DNA of 63,008 nt, the filler included, from Collodictyon triciliatum (lineage: Eukaryota), in NCBI GenBank assembly GCA_043381765.1. It is 4 parts of 4 records of this genome, joined end to end, with 100 filler letters (N's around TTAATTAATTAA, not from the genome) between each part and the next. Parts side by side here need not be neighbours in the genome. Positions count along the whole stretch, not along the records: positions 57,352 to 63,008 come from JBHJMP010001127.1; 3 more parts are not named here. One strand, given 5' to 3'. Shown piece after piece: positions 58,574-63,008 of this stretch. The position numbers and the translations under genes were made by a program. Every line of letters begins with the position of its first letter. Position 1 is the stretch's first letter. The notes beneath the pieces are model-generated. The model was not told the DNA's origin. It was given only the letters and a program-made list of their open reading frames with translations, and made no database searches.

Positions 58574-61358
58574 TTATTTGGCAGCTTCAAAAAGAGCGGC
58601 TCCTAGATTTGCAAGTTCCTGCCTATACTCAAGATTCTCATAGTGCCCAGGAGGAATGCTAACACCAAAAGAACGCATTAAAAGCCAGTAATTAAACACA
58701 TAAGTCGATGGATACACATCCTCTCCAAGCAAGGAAATGATGGGTTACAACGCTTACTCTTTCATTCCATGCAATGCACCCCACCACGAGCATGCAATAT
58801 CCCCAGTGGAGTCATTGTCTCCTCCTAAGAAATGGAAGATAAAAAAAAACCTGAAATGAAGTGGAATCGCGAACATCAAGTGCCAAAGTGTGGCTGCTCT
58901 TCATCAGAGTTCTTCCGTACTTTGTACACAAGATTGGTGTAATCAAACAAAAAAAATCAAAGAATCTGCGTTTTACCATGTAAAACAGCTCGCAGAATAA
59001 GTTCCTCCCATGAACCAGAGCCCAATAAGGCGTCATACTGCGTTGACACAAATTGCAAATAAAAATAAGCATGAAAATTCATCAATATATGTATCGCGCA
59101 TCCTGCACAAATTTGAAAGGAAGAATAAAAAAATAATAATCAATGTATGTATCGTGAAAATATGCTGATTTTTTTAATTTCAATTTGTGTAAAAGAATAA
59201 TTACGCTGATAATTGTTGAATCGACCCCAGAACCTCCACCCCATCCCTATCAAAACAGCAAAATGAATCCTATTAGATGGGGCGAATCACATCAAAATGA
59301 AAAATGAAAAATGAAAAATGAAAAATGAAAATTGAAAAATGAAAAATGAAAAATATGAATGCAAGATTGATATCACAAAGTGTAATAAACTGGTCCTATT
59401 CATACTGTTGGGCTAATTTCCTTTGAGTTGTAGAACTCGTCTCTTTCTTCTACACCATACTGACTTGGAAACAAGGGATTATTTCCAGGATTGCGAATAC
59501 CTCGCAGATTAAGATAATACTCCCATCTGTAATTTGTGGTCATAAATATACATGTAAAGTCAAACGCTTGAACATCTATCCAATTAAATGGACGTGGACA
59601 TCATAACACTAATAAGTATAATATTTTCGCTTCGTTGTTAAATAAATCGGCATAAAAATAGAAAAAAACAAACCGGTTAACAAAGGATGGAAAGCAAGAA
59701 AGATTATCGGAGACATTTCGCCCTGACTTTTTTATAAACTGAATGGCCCTTGGAATCGCTTTAAGTATAAATGATACAAAAAGATGAATCAGAAAATCAC
59801 AAAAAACAATCGTGTATTAAATATTGATAGTCTATTTTTTTGTTTTTGTTTTTGTTTTTGATTCTGATTTCGATTCCGTCAGCTGAAAAAGGGGTGAGAC
59901 CTTCGTCAAGCAGTTTTTGACCCCAGTCACCAATTCTTATCCCCTGGATGGCATAGCTAGTGAATAATGCAGACACAACAGAGCCCAGATATCCCCCTGG
60001 ACTATGATGTGTCTAAACATGAAGTTTATCGACAGGAAAGAAATCAATAACGAAAATAAACTGTATTACGCGTCATGTATCCTTGAAAACCCAGCAGTGT
60101 GATATTGGTGGTCAATCATGCGTATTGAAGTGAGACATACCATCCGACCAGAGTCTATCGAATATGCAATAAGTGCATCTATGTCCCCTGCTCTATGATA
60201 CCGGAGACCTTCAGTAACAAGAGAAATTAAGCATTTGATTCTATTGTGTTCCGTACACATAGTTGGGGCCATGTTTAGATAAAATGCTGTGTATTGGATT
60301 AAAAGAACGACTTTGCGTATGAATTAGTTATTGCCTTAAAATACAAACAACATACAATCACTCTGAGATAAAATTTGAAAATATTTGACTTCTATTTCAA
60401 TACCAATAGGAGAAGAACGCATCGCAGCGCCACATCCATTGGCCCGTGGGTTAAACGGAACTGTGTCCCAGCTGTTTTGATGTACACACTTATCAACATG
60501 ACAATAATTCATACGGTTCCTCGAAGACATGAGTGAACTGCTTTTTGAATTGAAAATAATAATCAAATTTGCGATGTCATAACCGTACCCATTTCCTTCC
60601 CTATCTGTGTAATTGATGTTGGACAAAGTGGTATTGCCTGGCGCCCTTCCTTTCTGTTTGGTGCAAAGTAGGTTAAATCGTGTGTGCGAACTGTATTGGA
60701 GGCTTATTTAATGGAAGTGGAGTGCAAGCATCACCATATCATCCATACACACTCGATAGTGTTTCCCTATTGCTTTGCAGACCTCCAGATAATCCTTGCC
60801 GCTGCGATTTGTTGGAAACATGTTTGAAACAAAATCGGCCGGATTTAAGAAAAAGAAAAAGAAAAAGAAAAAGAAAAAGAAAAAGAAAAAGAAAAAGAAA
60901 AAGAAAAAGAAAAGTGCTAATGAATTTACTTTGCTTCTACAAGACCGCGAGCAGTCGCCAGAGTCATGATTGTGTCATCAGAGACAATCCAGTCTCGTGG
61001 ATTTAATACAAGATAGAGCGGACCTAAACATAAAAATCTACAGTTCAGGATTCAATAAAACAGATATAAGAAAAAAGTAATAATAATAATAATAATAATA
61101 ATAGAGACAAAACACAAGAGCAATCGCATCATGATGAAAAAAATTATACTTTGAATCGAATAAAGGAAAAAAAAATGATGAAAAAAATTATAAAAAAAAA
61201 AAGACCCTCATACCTTTGCCCTCAGTGAGCCTCAGCATGTCCTCGTGAATCGCCGTCCCTTTGTAGCAGAACTCCCAATGCCCGTTCTTGTAGCCCATCG
61301 CATCTCCAACGCCTCCGAGAATCAAGGACGCCACAAACCGCTGCTTCAGATGCTCCAT
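58574..61358 (-). CDS. ADPRH: ADP-ribosylglycohydrolase, ARH1 (ADP-ribosylarginine hydrolase)-like
   Basis: 'GVGDAMGYKNGHWEF', 'VSDDTIMTLATA', 'GRAPGNT', 'GCGAAMRSSPIG', 'SGRMTHH', 'GWGGGSG', 'RAVLHGGDNDSTG', 'YENLEYRQEL'. Confidence 0.92.
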
Positions 61359-61429
61359 GTTGCTGGTCTTTTGTGCCTGCTGCTCGTGTCCGAATCTGCA
61401 CCGCCAGAGGAGCAAAGTGAGAACAGGCT

Positions 61430-61756
61430 GAAGAGAGACAAGAGAGACAAGAGAGACATGAGAGACAAGAGAGACAAGAGAGACAAGAGAGACAAGAGAG
61501 ACAAGAGAGACAAGAGAGACAAGAGAGACAAGAGAGACAAGAGAGACATGAGAGACAAGAGAGACAAGAGAGACAAAAGAGACAAGAGAGACAAGAGAGA
61601 CAAGAGAGACAAGAGAGACAAGAGAGACAAAAGAGACAAGAGAGACAAGAGAGACAAAAGAGACAAGAGAGACAAGAGAGACAAGAGAGACAAGAGAGAC
61701 AAGAGAGACAAAAGAGACAAAAGAGATATGAGAGATATGAGAGACAAGAGAGACAA
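61430..61756. repeat. 9-mer (GAGACAAGA)n array, ~36 copies, just upstream of the ARH1-like start
   Basis: Direct reading, with a few variant units (GAGACATGA, GAGACAAAA). Confidence 0.97.
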
Positions 61757-62071
61757 ACGCAGAGTCTTGTTGTTCCGCTGCGAGTCACAGCGCGTATTTA
61801 TATGTCACTTGTGCAACACTCGGAAAACAAGACGAGAGAAAAAGGAAAACGGAGTGAAAAGAAAGGAATGAAAACAGAGTCGCTTGGTTCAGTTGCGAGC
61901 CGGGATGCGGCCGAAGCGTTTATTTCCCAGAGACTCCCGACAGCGCGGCTGCTTCTGTGTGGCGCAAAAGCCACGGACGCGGCCGGTTGTGGACCGCAGG
62001 TTGCTCGTGGATGCAGTCCGGCGGAACTTAATGCGCACGAACGCACACGCCAACACAGACTCACGCGCAAC

Positions 62072-62835
62072 CTACGACTCGGGCGACCCGGGCGATGACA
62101 GGCGCGACTTGCGCTGTGACCTCTGCATATTGCATTTTAGAGTATTGTTATTGCTATTGTTATGATTATTCGTATCATTCGTATTGGGATTATTCCCGTC
62201 CTTTCTTTTCCTGCTCTACAAGACTTTGACAGGAATAGCGCAGAAAAAGGGGTTGGGATGTGTGATGCACACAACATAAATGAAACAGCCAGGGAAACCC
62301 GAAACCCCTTGTCAACAGCAACCGCCTCCAATCTCAACTCTTACCGCACTGTGCGGAGTCCCGTGGTCGCTCGAAGGTGCTGGAATCTTCTTCAGTTGGT
62401 TTTGGAGCTCGTGTACTTCAGACTGAAGCCCTCTTTTTTCGTCCTCCATCTTCTTTTTCTCCTTCTTGGCGCTGAGGTTCTCTTGGTGGAGATTTGTGTT
62501 CCTCTCCGTCAGCCTACGCAAACACCCGTTAGAGAATGCACCGGCAAACACATATGCTGCCCTCTTCTTCTTCTTTTACGTCCTCAGGTCAAATAATTCG
62601 GTTCACTTTTTATCTACAATCGCAATCACACACGCCCAAGTCCGCTTCTTTCTTCTTCATTTCGATATGAATGATATAAACATTATGAATGAAGGAATAA
62701 TTTTTTTTTGGTAGAAATAAAGCAAAAATACAATAGTCTGAATACTCACAACTGCACTTTCGACTCATACTGGTTCAACCGTCTTTCCATGTCCTTCTGT
62801 ATGCTTCCATATCTTACAATCTCTTCACAGAGTCT
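62072..62835 (-). CDS. 3' exons of an unidentified coiled-coil protein (5' part outside window)
   Basis: Spliced 'LCEEIVRYGSIQKDMERRLNQYESKVQL|LTERNTNLHQENLSAKKEKKKMEDEKRGLQSEVHELQNQLKK...HSA|RSQRKSRLSSPGSPES*' with GT-AG junctions. Confidence 0.65.
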
Positions 62836-63008
62836 GTCGAAAATAATTCAAAATGAATTCTCCAATCACTACGCAATTGCTGTTTTGGTTTGTTTGTTTG
62901 TTTGTTTGTTTGTTTGTTTGTTTGTTTGTTTGTTTGTTTGTTTGTTTGTTTGTTTGTTTGTTTGTTTGTTTGTTTGTTTGTTTGTTTGTTTGTTTGTTTG
63001 TTTGTTTG

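Overview
AT-rich, intron-dense eukaryotic (protist, amoebozoan-like) DNA using the standard genetic code. It consists of four contigs joined by artificial 100-nt spacers (N44-TTAATTAATTAA-N44), so order across spacers is unreliable. Genes traced by hand: neurofibromin (NF1)-type RasGAP; Frizzled/Smoothened-like GPCR; a giant intron-poor NO VEIN/sacsin-like GHKL ATPase with a DUF3883-type nuclease; a secreted neutral/alkaline ceramidase-superfamily hydrolase; FIG4; a DCX/KHA-like + TROVE (TEP1/p80-like) gene cut by a gap; glutaminyl-tRNA synthetase; a small ORF overlapping homoserine dehydrogenase tail-to-tail; a PHO80-like cyclin; ARH1-like ADP-ribosylhydrolase; and the 3' end of a coiled-coil gene. 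The most interesting signal is the apparently empty 44.9-46.1 kb interval. It holds two box C/D snoRNAs (guides for the 18S sites equivalent to yeast Gm1572 and Um1269) and an RNase MRP RNA. Each sits between plausible splice sites, as if one RNA per intron in the 5' leader of the TROVE gene. An AT-AC U12-type intron in FIG4 indicates a minor spliceosome. All family assignments come from motif recognition, not database searches.
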